Origin: Octopus bimaculoides
Lineage: Eukaryota
Length of the DNA: 64,000 bases
Assembly: GCF_001194135.2 (NCBI RefSeq)
Contig: NC_068997.1
Span: 3,201,579-3,265,578 of the forward strand
Reading direction: 5' to 3'
Below, piece by piece: positions 11,081-24,081 of this stretch. Positions within the stretch are counted from its first letter, which is position 1. Each line of letters opens with the position of its first letter. The position numbers and the translations under genes were made by a program. A model generated the notes under the pieces. It saw only the letters and a program-made list of their open reading frames with translations. It was not told the origin of the DNA and searched no databases.

Positions 11081-14000
11081 TACTTCATATTGCAAAAATT
11101 TCACTATGCATTGTATACTTATATTTCATACAGGCTTCCCTGCATAATTTAATACCACTACGAGATACTGTACACCTATGTTATATACGGGGCTTTCGGT
11201 ACGTTAATACGAAAACTTGGTTCTACGTGGAATATTTTCAGTATAATCAATAAACACCAAAATAAAGGAAACTTAAGATATACATAATTTCATCTTACAA
11301 TTCATGATATTTCTCTCCTGAGCTAAACTTATTGGCCTGCTTCCTGTTAAAGATATTTGCCACCTCAAGGAAACATTAATGCAATCACAATATCTTGATT
11401 AAATATAAAAGCATAAAAGAATTTCTGTTATGTAAACACATTTAAATATGTACTTGCTGAACGACGGAAACGGAAAAAGCTTGCATTAAATCACAGCAAT
11501 GCGAAGTGACAATTCTTAAAAACGTTCTTCACTCTGAATAACTCTGTAGTCTCACCTGTCTTTTAGGAATCGTATTAAAAGTGTATTATGTAATTATATC
11601 AACTTATCTACAATATCCGCATATACAATGAAGAATGTATGAAATAAGTATCATATGTGTGTGTGTGTGTGTGTGTGTGTGCGTGAGTGCGTGCGTGTTA
11701 ATATTGCACAAAAATCCATTATATTTCTAGTAAGGACGAATCTCTCCCAATATATTTTTAGTTCGATTCTTTGTTGGATTAACTTAACCATTCATCTTGC
11801 CGAGGTTTATTGGTTAACTACATAGAATCAAATAGTTTTTAATACTTCCAGTCACTGAATTCCAACCATGATGGGGCGATATCTTTATTTATATATATTT
11901 TATTTTTTATCGATCAAGCCGACTCTAATATTTATTTCAGTCAGGTTCTTATTTTCTCAATGTTTGGTGATCGAACGTCTATAACTTTCGACATAAAGAG
12001 ACGCAGATCGACGCTAGACAAAAAAACATAATATCTACAAACACACAAAACATGCAAACATATACATATATATGCATATGAATGCAGACGTATATTGCAG
12101 TCTTTAACGAACTAAAAATAAGAGGATTAATTCAATGTAATTATAAAGTGTGAATTGTGAAATCCCCGTTGCTAACATCGAAGAATCACAAGCAATACTT
12201 TCTTCTAAGTTATGTCTATTGAAGTACTGTACATTTCCTTTTGGCTTCCGGTACTGCATCTGAACACCCTACTCAATAATTCCTTGAATGCTGCTTGTCA
12301 GCTTATTCACCAACCAGCGTGTACCACATTCCTCCCCCCCCCCCATACACACACACACACACTTCATGCAGAAACAACAAACGAAGATCGAGTCCACCTC
12401 CTAACGACTAGCTATGCAAATGCAGTTTTATCTCTTTTATTCCTCGTGCAAAAATTTAATACATTTCGCTCGCTGTGGTCTCTTATTTCTTCAGCTTTTC
12501 GCCACTCTGCCAGAAACCGTTGCGAACTTCCAGATATTCGATTGCAATTCCAATGAATAGGTTTTGAGAAGAGCCACATAACCAGAAACCGAAGTCTGAG
12601 CGACTCCCTTGATTTCTTGCACAGCACGCTCTGGCTGATTCCTCATCTTTTAAATTCAGTGGAGACAGCAGCAATTCCAATGTGGAGCCAATTATAGACT
12701 GGGGAAATTTCGCTGAGAGTGAAAGAATATCACTCAGTAAAGCTGTACTGTTCTCTCCTATACTACCGTCACGCTATATTGTTCTCTCCTATAGTACCGT
12801 CAAAATCTTGTCCTCTTTTTATTTGACAGCTTCCACCATAAAGCAAATGTTATCTGCCATATGCGACCATTTTAACTGGATCCCTCTTATACTCTCAGAA
12901 AGGCCTCAATACTATACGGGTAACTATATTATATATATGCAAAGTACAAAATTGGAATGGAGTGCCGCTTCAGTGTTTCACTAAATGAATTTCACAATTA
13001 TTTCTAAGGCAGACAATGAATTGACAATGTTTCAAATTCTAGACGCCATCAGCAATCATTTCTGTTCATGCACAATTACAATGTAATGTGAGATGATACG
13101 TTTAACTGTCTCGTATAAGCATACTAAATTTTCACAACACCACAGTATAAAAACATATAAGTGCAAGATATTTTCTTTACAGATGCATGATATGTTTCCA
13201 TAACATTACACTTACGAGTTATTCAAAACTCAAGTAGAAAATATGTTTTCCTATGAAGCTGGAATATTTTATAATATTTCAGATCTACCTGCGATGTAAG
13301 TAACCCCGAGAAAGAAAATATTCATAAGTTGCTTACTTAAGAGGGCAGCTTTAGAAGTTGCTAATTCATCTGACTTCATATGTTAAATTTGGTGGTATTG
13401 TAAAGCAACATGACTTTAATAAGTGCATATGAAAGAAATGGAATCTGCGAAAACAGTCTTGGAGAATGGATGGGTATTTTTGTGAGGATTTTGTCATATT
13501 ATGCATATTAATTTTTCCGTCGTAAGAGCTGGCAATGTCTCATCGCATTGGTGCAAGGTTTTCATTACTCTTGGATGTTGTTTTATATTACATTGGATAT
13601 TATTCTTGTTTCTGAAGGATCTCAGTGTCTTTCATGTACCCTTTAATATTTAATTCTTCATTCTGTTATATCTTCTGCATTCGGTGTTAGTCTCTATTTT
13701 TATCGATGAAGTTCACTTCTCCATATTTTAATGACACAGTTGGTTGTGTACACGCCTCTTTATTTCTACAGGTGTAATTGTCTGCCACATGTGATTTTTG
13801 TACATGTATTACTATGTGATGAGTGTTGCTCAATATACATTTTAGCAGCGTCTAAGAGAAGATTATCCTATAACAGAGCTAGCTAAGGAAGTGTGTATCT
13901 GACAAAATTTTTTCAGGTATATTTTTAAAAAAATAGAGGGTACCATCACACTGATAAATTGGCGATTAATCGTAGACTGGGAGACGAATTATGTACACAT

Positions 14001-14253
14001 GTGCATGCGAGCAGATCATCGCGAAAGGTCGGGTTTGAGGCCCAAACGTCCGAGTGCATTTTCGAGGCTTAGAAAAAACTGAAGAATTGCCTCAAGAACT
14101 TTTCAGCACGCCTTCTTATATACTTATGTATATATGTAAACTTAGATTCAGATGAATATGGTACTTAAGTTGAGGCACCAGAATTTAATACGGTATTATC
14201 CATACAATTTCAAAATAAGGTGATTAAAGTCAAAATAAGCATCAAGGATGTAA

Positions 14254-14490
14254 TGCAATCATTACATCAATTTAAATACAGAGCAATCCTCAGCTGCATA
14301 AAGACATAGAATTTAAATTTAGTAGCTTCTGAGCTGAAATGAAGACAGCATGTTCTCTGTCTATCTCTTTACCTTCTTGGAGATTTTAGGTAAAATTATA
14401 CTTATGCGTCCATCTGTTTTAATTTAATTAAATTATATGACTTAATGCAGCTGAGGATTGCTCTACATTTAAATTGATGTAATGATTGTA
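14254..14490. mobile_element. MITE-like element with ~63-bp inverted repeats
   Basis: 14254-14316 is the near reverse complement of 14428-14490 (7 mismatches by eye). The right end is ...GATTG|TA, compatible with a Tc1/mariner TA target. Confidence 0.75.
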
Positions 14491-14869
14491 TTGTTCAATT
14501 AGATAGAGTTGCTTGAAACGATCGTACTGCATTAGAACAATTGTCGTCGTCAAATAAAGGTGACTAAGGATGTCAAGACACTTACATTGCTAGAAATAAG
14601 AGCTAAAATGCTCCGAGCTGTTATAAACACATACCATATATTCTGATAGGGGCTGCACTCGCCCCGGATACCGAATCAAGAATTTCCTTAGACTGACCGG
14701 TAAGTTTCGGCTACTTCCGTAGCCAATCGTTAGTAAGGCCAGCTCTTTCGGCAGATCCCGGGCTACATCAACCTATTAGAATATATATATTTACCATAAC
14801 ATTTATGGGTGATTTAGCAGATTGCTAATGAGTATACAAAAATTAATACACAATCTGCTATGGCACCAC

Positions 14870-15056
14870 CTTAAAGGATGAGTCGAACAAATCGACCCCC
14901 AGTACTTATTTTTTAAGGCCTTAAACATAATTTATCGATATCTTTGCCGAACCCTTAGGTAACGGAACCGTAAACAAAGCAAAATCGGTTGTCAAGCGGT
15001 TGTGAAGGACAAGAACAAATACAAAGTCACACTGACAGACACACACATGCACACTG

Positions 15057-15123
<67 letters not shown>

Positions 15124-15130
15124 GCTGCGN
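14870..15130 (-). mobile_element. SINE 3' module plus internal (TG)n
   Basis: Reverse complement of the CCGCTTGACAACCG...GGTTCGGCAAAG...GGGGTCGATTTGTTCGAC tail, joined to a (CA)n tract. Confidence 0.65.
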
Positions 15131-15835
15131 NNNNNNNNNTTTTAACTTATGCAATACATATTTCTGTTATACCTATATATATATAAAAAAACAGAGATAG
15201 AAAATTATTTTATCACATAAAAAATGCTTTGATATAACAAATTTACTGAGTAAATATTGGTGTATATTTTCAAAAGCTGATTTTTACACATCAAAATAAA
15301 CAACAAAGATGGAGAGAATTACTGAAAAATGTTCGTATAAAAAGCTTTTATTGAATACTTTTAGTACATGTTATAACTAAAGTAGGTTCTGCAGGAGTCC
15401 ATCGTCTCTGTATATCTCGCTATAGAGTTATTATTTTAGTTTCAATATTCCAATGAAGTCGCATATACCTACTCTATCATATGAGTCTATATTCACGAGG
15501 AAAATGTCTATTAAATCGAATTTTATTTACTCGATTCTTTATCAAAGAGTAAAGTTTATGATCTTTTAATCTCTGCTATCAGTATCGTAACAGCTTTTCC
15601 GAAGCGAGTTCAACTGCATTATTTAGTAGAAAAACAGTTACAAGCAAGTCAAAGTCGACAATAACAGATTGCTTGAGTTTAGGATATATTTTGTTATTGT
15701 TATTATAAACATTATAATTACATTATTGCTGTTCCAGTGTTGTGATATAATCTCCCTAATTTTGTGGTTATTCTTCTATAGAATATTTTGCCTGTTAATC
15801 GTATTCCTGTCCTAGTTTGGGATGAGGAGTAAAAT

Positions 15836-16015
15836 CTAGACAACCGGTGTCGGCTTGCTTACGTTCCCGTAACTTAGTGGTTCGGTAAAAGGGATTGCTA
15901 GAATAAGTAACAGGCTTAAAAAATAAGTATCACGTTGATTTGCTCGACTAGTCACTTCAAGGTGGTACCGCAGTAAAGCCGCAGTCCTAGGGCTGAAAGA
16001 TAAATAAAATGTGTT
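15836..16015 (+). mobile_element. SINE 3' module
   Basis: CAACCGGTG...CCGTAACTTAGTGGTTCGG...AGAATAAGTA...GATTTGCTCGACT; same tail as 16500 and 19650. Confidence 0.65.
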
Positions 16016-16289
16016 TATTTTAAATATAACTATGCCGAAGTCCAATGTATACATGGGGCTTTGTATAGTTTCTCTCAATCAAATACCAGTGTCAAAACAA
16101 TCATCTTTGAGAAGCTAAACAGAAAGAAGACGTTGTTCAAGACGCCATACATTGGAATTGAAGCGAGAACGCCATGTGATAGTAAAGCGAACATCTTAAC
16201 GCCGTTCCTATACCTGCTTCTATTCAGAGACCAAGTTAAATGGTATTTCTGAATTATTTTCAACCGTGGTTTTGTTGTAACAAGCTTTC

Positions 16290-16695
16290 GTCCCAACTAG
16301 ATGGTCCCATGTTCAGTTCCACAGCTTGACGCCTTGAGCAAGTGTCTTCTACACTAGCCTCGAGTCCACAAAATCTTTTTTGTGAGTGGATTTGGTAGAC
16401 GGAAACTGAGGGAAGTGTATACTACATATATATATAGAGAGAGAGAAACAGAGAGAGAGACAGAGCTCTATGTATGTGTGTGTGTCTTTCTGTTTGTCTT
16501 CCACCACCGCTTAACAACCGGTGTTGATGTGTATATGTCCCCGTAAATTAGCGGTTTGGTAAAATAGACCGATAGAATAAGTACCAAGCTTAAAAATAAG
16601 TCGTGGGGGGGGGGTATTTCTTCGACTAAAAACCTTCAGGTGCTCCAGCTTGGCCGCAGTCAAATGACTGAAACAAGTAACAGATAAAAGAAAAA
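16290..16695 (+). mobile_element. SINE with internal microsatellite (head, TA/GA/TG tract, tail)
   Basis: Head ...CCTTGAGCAAGTGTCTTCTAC...GTGAGTGGATTTGGTAGACGGAAACTG, then simple repeats, then tail CACCACCGCTTAACAACCGGTG...TGACTGAAACAAGTAA. Confidence 0.7.
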
Positions 16696-17499
16696 AGTTA
16701 ACCGCGGAAGTTTTTTAAAAGAGAAAATATGCTGTTTTGATGGTCATGCCGTTAACTATTGACATTAACTCAGTAAGTGAAAAGAGAAGAGAAAGGGAGG
16801 CTGATGTATTGTCATTTCATCACTAGTGAAAACATTGGGCACACAGGATGTTGTCGTTCTTGCTGTTTAATCTAAATTCAGCGTTGGTCACGCAAACATA
16901 TGATAGAGGTTAATCAACCAGTGGCTATCATGTCATTTATTCAGATGAAGTGTGTATAAATGACTGCATTATTTAATGAGTGTTTCCTTGCTGTTGTCAA
17001 GCAGAGACTTTACAGATCTTTACTCAAAAGCCTTCCACTTATGAACAACTTTTCTCTTATTTAAACATAGTGCATTATATAGTGTGTCCTTCTTCGCAGT
17101 TTCTTAAACCCGGGTTAGTTTTTGAATCATGAGACCTATAATCAAAACTAGTCCAGGCATGATCTTCCTAGCATTTCACGAATATATTTATCTTTCTCAT
17201 GTTTAAACTGATGAAATGTAATTTGAGGGCGGTGTGACTGCTATTTCTAGCAAGTCGAGTAAACATTTAGTAAATATTTTGGATAGCCCGTGTGCATGGC
17301 GTTGGTAGGTTGGTTGTGTTGAGATGTCGGTTAAATACGAAACAATAAGACAGCCGTTCATTTCAAATTGTACAAACATTGATATAATTAATGTTCTTTT
17401 TCAAACAGGGACACCACCAAATAATTAGTTTAGAAACGAAAAAAAAAAAGACAACACAAAACAAATATAAATAACCAATATATCTACAAGCAAGAAAAT

Positions 17500-17618
17500 T
17501 GAATTATTATCATTATTATAATTATCATTATCGTCATCATCGTCGTCGTCATCGTCGTCGTCATCATCATCATCATCATCATAAGCAGCTGCAGCAATAG
17601 TAGCAGCAGCAGCAGTAC

Positions 17619-17695
<77 letters not shown>

Positions 17696-17700
17696 ATGAT
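17500..17700. repeat. Compound trinucleotide tract ATT/ATC > GTC > ATC > GCA > GTA
   Basis: Directly visible; explains the poly-T/A/D ORF on the minus strand. Confidence 0.9.
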
Positions 17701-18721
17701 AAATTCCAAATAATGACACGAAAATGATAGCAACAAGTATAAAAATGAGAAAGAAACGTGAGTTACATTAGGAATAATAATAAAAGAACTTTTATTTTGT
17801 TGTTGTTTAGTAAGCGTGTAGCATGAAAGATAGAGGGAAGGGGGAAAGAGACAGACAAAGAAACCTTTCGAGAGAGAGAGAGAGGGGGGGGACAGAGAGA
17901 TACAGACAAAGAAAGACAGACAGAGATATAGAAAAGCAGAAAGACAGACAGAGAGAGATAGAGAGATAAATTGGTGGCATTTAAGCGAATATCAAACAAC
18001 GACGAGATAACATTACTGTTTAATAACATAAAAACATACACAGAAGTAACAATGGACAAATATAACATAAGCAAACAAAATGAAACGACAAATTTACAAC
18101 AAAACATAGCCATAAACAAGCAGAATGTGATCCCAGTGGTGAGTAAAGAGTATTAAATGAGGAGTATTACGATATGGTTATATATATGAACGGTCCATTG
18201 GGCAGAAGCTTTATCTTTTGTTTTATGCTAGAATATCAAAGAGATTTGTGGCGTAAATGAAATTTACAAGGAGAGAAACGGTCATATTTTATTTAATCAG
18301 TTGTCGAGGCTGTTGGATGGAAACGTAATCAACTGTTATGATGGCTGACGACGTCTTCTCAAAGTTTGAAAGAGCGTACAGAGTTGTCAGTAAATATGGC
18401 GGTCATTATGAGATATGTATGCAGACACGCACCACAAATAACCACACAGACACGTTGATACAGACGTCTATATATGTGGTGTTTGTTGCTCACACACACG
18501 CGCCCGTGCTCGCACACACACATACTCACTGAGAAAGATGGAGAAAGAGAGACAGTAGGAGGGAGATAGACGAAGATACTTTGATAACTAGATGAACTAA
18601 TAGATCAATAGTTTCATACGTATATTTAAATATACATTGGTGTATGCCAGCACACATATTATATAGAGGACTAAAGAGGTGGGTAGAGGGTAGAGAACGA
18701 AAGTAAGATAAAGTGATATAC

Positions 18722-18781
<60 letters not shown>

Positions 18782-18870
18782 CCTGACATATACTTTGACC
18801 TATACACATTCTTATTCTGAACTAAAACCATATGCTCACACACACACATGTATATATAAATACATATATA

Positions 18871-18997
18871 CAGGGTGTCCACAAAGTCTGGGTACATGGA
18901 GATCAACACATACTTTAGGAAATTATTATTTCTTATATTTAATTGTTTATGTTATGATTTTATTTACTCCATGTAGCCAGACTTTGTGGACACCCTG
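18871..18997. mobile_element. 127-bp Tc1/mariner-type MITE
   Basis: 31-bp TIRs CAGGGTGTCCACAAAGTCTGG(G/C)TACATGGAG with 1 mismatch, flanked by TA on both sides. Confidence 0.9.
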
Positions 18998-18999
18998 TA

Positions 19000-19090
<91 letters not shown>

Positions 19091-19369
19091 GGAGACTACG
19101 TACAATATCAGAAATAGTTGTTCAACAGACGTTAACAATGTTAAAAATGAAAGAAAAATAAACAGTATCAATGACAAAATAATAGGGTACGTGCAGAAGC
19201 CAAGACCGACATATCACGACATTGGTTTAGGTCCGTACCTCTAATTGTTTAGGGATTATTTGGTTACGGCATTAACTGCTTTCACAGTGATATTGAGAAG
19301 CTGGGTGTCACAAAACCAGCGGAGACACTGGTAATAATAAATTGTCAATTGCCTACCTTTAATAAAGAT

Positions 19370-19830
19370 GTAGGTGTTGCTGTGTAGTAAGAATCTTGCT
19401 ACCCAACCACAGGTTCTGTATTCAATCCCACACCGTAGTACCTTTGGCAAGTATCTTCTACTGAAGCCTTGGTTTGGACAAAGACTTGTGAATGGATCTG
19501 GTAGATGGAAACTAAAAGAAGCTCATCGTATAAATAAATGTGGAGGGTGCATGTGTGTGTGCGTGCATGTGCGTGTGTGTATGTTAGTGTATGTGTGCGT
19601 GTGTGCGTGTGTACGTGTGTGTGTGTGTATCTTTGTGCCTATGTTTGTCCCTCACCACCGCTTGATAACGGGTAACTTAGCCTTTCGGCAAAACAGACTG
19701 ATGGAACAAGTATCAGGCTTAACAGCAAAAGTGCCGAAGTCGATTGATTTGACAAAATATTCTTCAATGCGGTACCCCAGCATGGCTGTAGTGCAACGAC
19801 TGAAACAAGTAGTAGAAAAAATAAAATGGT
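19370..19830 (+). mobile_element. Full SINE with internal (TG)-rich tract
   Basis: tRNA-like head, CTTTGGCAAGTATCTTCTAC core, TG tract at 19550-19630, tail CACCACCGCTTGATAACGG...GACTGAAACAAGTAGTAG. Confidence 0.75.
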
Positions 19831-19881
19831 AAAGACGCCGCAAAATAGGCAAGATATTCCAGGTCTATTGTCCAAAATATT

Positions 19882-19914
<33 letters not shown>

Positions 19915-20314
19915 TACACACATAAAACACATATGTGTAAGAGGGCAGCTTTTGATAAAAGTCTTTTCAAGTACTACCCTAATATTTAAAACCGAAAATA
20001 CTGCTCAAGTTTCTGCTTTGAACTTCTGAGCTCAATGGCGTTAGAAAAAGAAACAGGGGTACCGAAACAGCTGTAAGTGGTCATTAAATATGTGCTAACC
20101 TCTTTGTCACCTTATTTGAAATTATATTTATTTCCTTCTTCGCTAGACCCACACATTGGATGTACCAGTGTCATAAGATGGTTCTTCTAAACCAGCAGAA
20201 TCTCCATCTTCCTTGATACTCTAATTCAAAAATCGTAGATTTCCTCGAAGTTGGATTGAATGCTGCACTGGAAATATTCCGAGATTTTTTACCCTTTCAG
20301 GATCTCAGGATAAT

Positions 20315-20315
20315 G

Positions 20316-20346
<31 letters not shown>

Positions 20347-20490
20347 CTCGTGCACGTGTGTGTGTGTGTGTGTGTGCTCGTGCACGTGTTTGTGTGTGTG
20401 TGCATGCGTGTGCATGTGCATGCGTGTGCGTGTGCATGCGTGTGCGTGTGCATGCGTGTGCGTGTGTATTTTATGTATGTATGTATGTAT
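20315..20490. repeat. Compound (TG)n with higher-order 30-bp and 16-bp units
   Basis: Two copies of a (TG)n-CTCGTGCACGTG unit and about three copies of GTGTGCGTGTGCATGC. Confidence 0.85.
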
Positions 20491-22817
20491 GTATAGACGG
20501 TGCCCTCGCGTAGCCACGAGACGATAACTGAAAAAAGTGAAAGATGTATACACACACATACACACATACACACACTCACACACATATACACTAATGGAAA
20601 GACCTAGATATGCTTTACAGAAACATTTAAAACACTGTAGAAATTATTTGTTTGTTAAACCTTTTATATTGCCTAAGTAAATACAGCGAAGAAAGGAATA
20701 TTTAAACGAGGTGTCAACAGCGATCTGTGACTGAAATATGACCAAGTTAGTCAAGAGTGGTGTGTATGAAAATCCTGATAAATCTGACGCCTTCATTCCG
20801 CAAGACGGTCATGTTTGGATAACTGTGAGTGAAAAATGTATCTTATGGCACATTATACAATTCTTAATAACACTCTTTACATCTTTGACTGTTTATTTGA
20901 AATTAATAGTCAGTTTAGTTTTTCCTAACTCTATAAACATAATGTCGACTCGAAAGATTTTTCAGTGTAGGACTATTGCTCAGTCACAAATTTATGACAG
21001 GATCTTGCTATATTACTTAGAAGAAATGCAGTATGAAGTACTTTATAGCTAAAATTGTAAAATCAACGCTATTTCACATAACACCAGACACGTTCAAGTT
21101 CGGGAGAAACAGAGGTGAATTAGTTTTGGGATTTCACTCCTTCGAAAACTCATTGCAGAAAAAAAAAGCCTGTGAATCACTCATGTGAATCATACTTGGC
21201 ATTATGACCATTATGATAAAATACTTTAATCCTCGACTTTTTTTACAATGATTCCATATTCGAGGAGTCTTCTTTAATTTAAATTTTTCCCTTGATAGTG
21301 ACTCACGTTCGCATATAAAGGAGGTTGTAATCTTCAAGTATTTAAAGCCACCAAATCAATCTCGTCTGTAAAAGGCATATTCACATTATAATATTCTTTG
21401 CAGCCAATTTGTTTATCAACGAAGTCTTGGCTTCAGACAATATGTCGTCTTTTATGCCAAGATTCTCAACCTTAAAACAAATTTCCGTGTTCTTTCATCA
21501 GTCTCCCTTTCAGTTGCAGCAATTTCAGAACATTAAAAATATGATTGAACTGGCGATATGAGATTGTTGATCAGTATGCTGTGATTTGAATTTCAATGTT
21601 ATCAATCATTTTACTAGAGATATCTTTATTTCGGGGTTATCTCTCAACTGGCAGTTTTGAATAATTTTGGCTGAAGTCGATGAGTTGTTCCCTTGTTTAG
21701 ACGAATTATCTCAAGTAGCTCCAGATACTGAAGCAAAACAGTGCCAAGTAAACAGTGAAAAAAATCATCAATGACGTCATCAAAAGGCGTTCCAAATAAA
21801 TATTCAGACAACTCCGTTTTCCTCAAGCTTTAAAACATTGTTTGACATTAAGTACTTCATAAATTCAACAAAATTTATTTGAATAATAAAGTTGACAGAT
21901 GAGGGATGATAAGGTTATAAAAACATATTTTTTCCCCTTTATTGTTACTGGTTCATATCTTGACAAAGTAACTTTTTCTGAATTGATCGACGTGTGTTGC
22001 AAATGGTTTGTTAACTTATGACTGATATCCGAAACCAGAGGAGGGAGGTGAGCTGGCAGACTCGTTAGTAGGTCGGACAGGATGCTCATCGATTTTTTCC
22101 AGTGTTTCCCTTCCGAGTGAAAATGCTGCCGTGGTCAACTTTGCCTTTCATCCTTTTGGAATCGATGATGTGTCATTTGAAAACTGGGAGTCAATGTATT
22201 CGATTAAACCCCTCCCACAAAATTCAGAGCTTTTCTTTATTATAGAAAGAAATATTAGGAACCAAGAGCTAAACACCAGACCCTCCACAGCTCTTTATGA
22301 CTGTGTCTTACGAACCTGCATAATTTAACATTAAATGACAATGGCTAAACTGGACACACAACAGGAATGTGGGTTCAATTCTTGCACCTAGTGCACGAGA
22401 AAGTGGGTGGGGGGAAGAATCATTTCATCAGTCCTGAAAATGGTGCGAGACTATACCTTTCAGTATTGTTTTGACAGAAATGATAAACATGAGCGCTGAA
22501 ATAAAGAAATTGTTGATGCGAGAATACATTGAATGAGTACCGTTGCATAATTCTCCGTGCTAAGCTATTGCATATTTCGATTTCCTCGCTGACATCTGCC
22601 CAGGAAATAAAGGAAGTGAGGAACGTGGTACAGTTTCTGACGGAATCTGCTGCTCTTTTGTATAAATTAATTTTGCTAGTCGTGTTTTGTGGAGTGGCTA
22701 ACGTAATCTTCTACTGAGACAAAGAATTCTGGGATGGTTTCACAGATCAGTAACTGTCTGTAGATTGGCGGTTAAATTGATGGATAGGTTAGATGTATAT
22801 TTGATCGATAGATAGAC

Positions 22818-22852
<35 letters not shown>

Positions 22853-22856
<4 letters not shown>

Positions 22857-23765
22857 GCGGTGAATAAATTGTCGTCTAAATTACGCAAAAATGAGAATAA
22901 CACTGACATTTCATTTTAACAGATAATTTTACCGAAATTACATAAAAATATCTTGANNNNNNNNNNNNNNNNNNNNNNNNNNNNNNNNNNNNNNNNNNNN
23001 NNNNNNNNNNNNNNNNNNNNNNNNNNNNNNNNNNNNNNNAATCTTCTGCAGCTCTTCTGGACGCTCTCCTTGTTTAAGTTGGTGAATGCTGCCATAATCC
23101 TTGCCTTCAGTTCATTTTTGGTGTTACAAGGGGTTTTGTTGGTCTCTCGCTCAACTGCGTCTTACACATGACAATCAAGGAGGTTGCAAACTGGGGTGTT
23201 AAGTGGCCAGATGATAGGGGTCATTGCTCTCCTACTTGTGTGGCATGGTGCAAAGTCCTGTTGCCAGACACAGGTCTTCCAGCAGTCATCCTCTTGACCC
23301 AGAGCAGCACTACCTCATCCACGCACTTGAAGTAGGCCTCCATGTTGAGTCTGAGGCCATGTGGGAAGATGAATAGAGGTATAATTTCGCCATCAGTAGT
23401 GGTCACTACAAACACCATGATATTGATTGGATGTTTGATTTTTATCACTCTCGGTACGTGTTTTGGTGACACGTCATGCAAATGGTTATTCCGTGTTCTC
23501 CATCTGATCCTGACAGAAATGTTTCTCGTCTGAGGAAAAGTAAAACATGTTCGGTTGGAAGGGATGTTTGAGTTTGTTCAAAAGCTTCGTAGTGCGGTCT
23601 TTCCTTTCGTTATTGATGGCTTGAGATAAAAAAAAAATTAGTCCTTTCTCCTCTTGTATAAGGAATATTAAATATCTTCATGCACTACCTGCTTGATAAG
23701 AAACTCAGGCACTCCCATGTCCCTGGTGATGGACCTGATCTACTTGGAAGGATCGTTGTCTTGTC
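22853..23765 (-). mobile_element. maT/DD37D-like mariner remnant spanning a gap
   Basis: Minus-strand fragments NDPSK.IRSITRDMGV..LIKQVVHED, KLLNKLKHP...FSSDEKHFCQDQ, KHPINIMVFVV..DGEIIPLFIFPHGLRLNMEAY..VLLWVKRMTAGRP and VERETNKTPCNTKNELKARIMAAFTNLNKE. Confidence 0.85.
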
Positions 23766-23769
23766 AATC

Positions 23770-23899
23770 ACGCCCCCCCCCATCACGGTTTGACAACCGG
23801 TGTACTTACTTTTACGTCTCTGTAACTTAGCGGTTCGGCAAGAGACTGATAGAATAAGTACTAAGCTTTAAAAGATAAGTCCTGGGGTCGATTTGTTTG
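23770..23899 (+). mobile_element. SINE 3' module
   Basis: GGTTTGACAACCGGTG...GTAACTTAGCGGTTCGGCAAGAGACTGATAGAATAAGTAC...GGGGTCGATTTG. Confidence 0.7.
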
Positions 23900-24031
23900 N
23901 NNNNNNNNNNNNNNNNNNNNNNNNNNNNNNNNNNNNNNNNNNNNNNNNNNNNNNNNNNNNNNNNNNNNNNNNNNNNNNNNNNNNNNNNNNNNNNNNNNNN
24001 NNNNNNNNNNNNNNNNNNNNNNNNNNNNNNN

Positions 24032-24081
<50 letters not shown>

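Noticed and set aside
13772-13916. Strong acceptor (TTTATTTCTACAG) and donor (CAG|GTAT) pair
   Set aside because: All three frames contain stops and nothing else supports an exon.
18338-18420. VFSKFERAYRVVSKYGGHYE resembling a mariner/Tc C-terminus
   Set aside because: Too short, with no upstream catalytic motifs to support the call.
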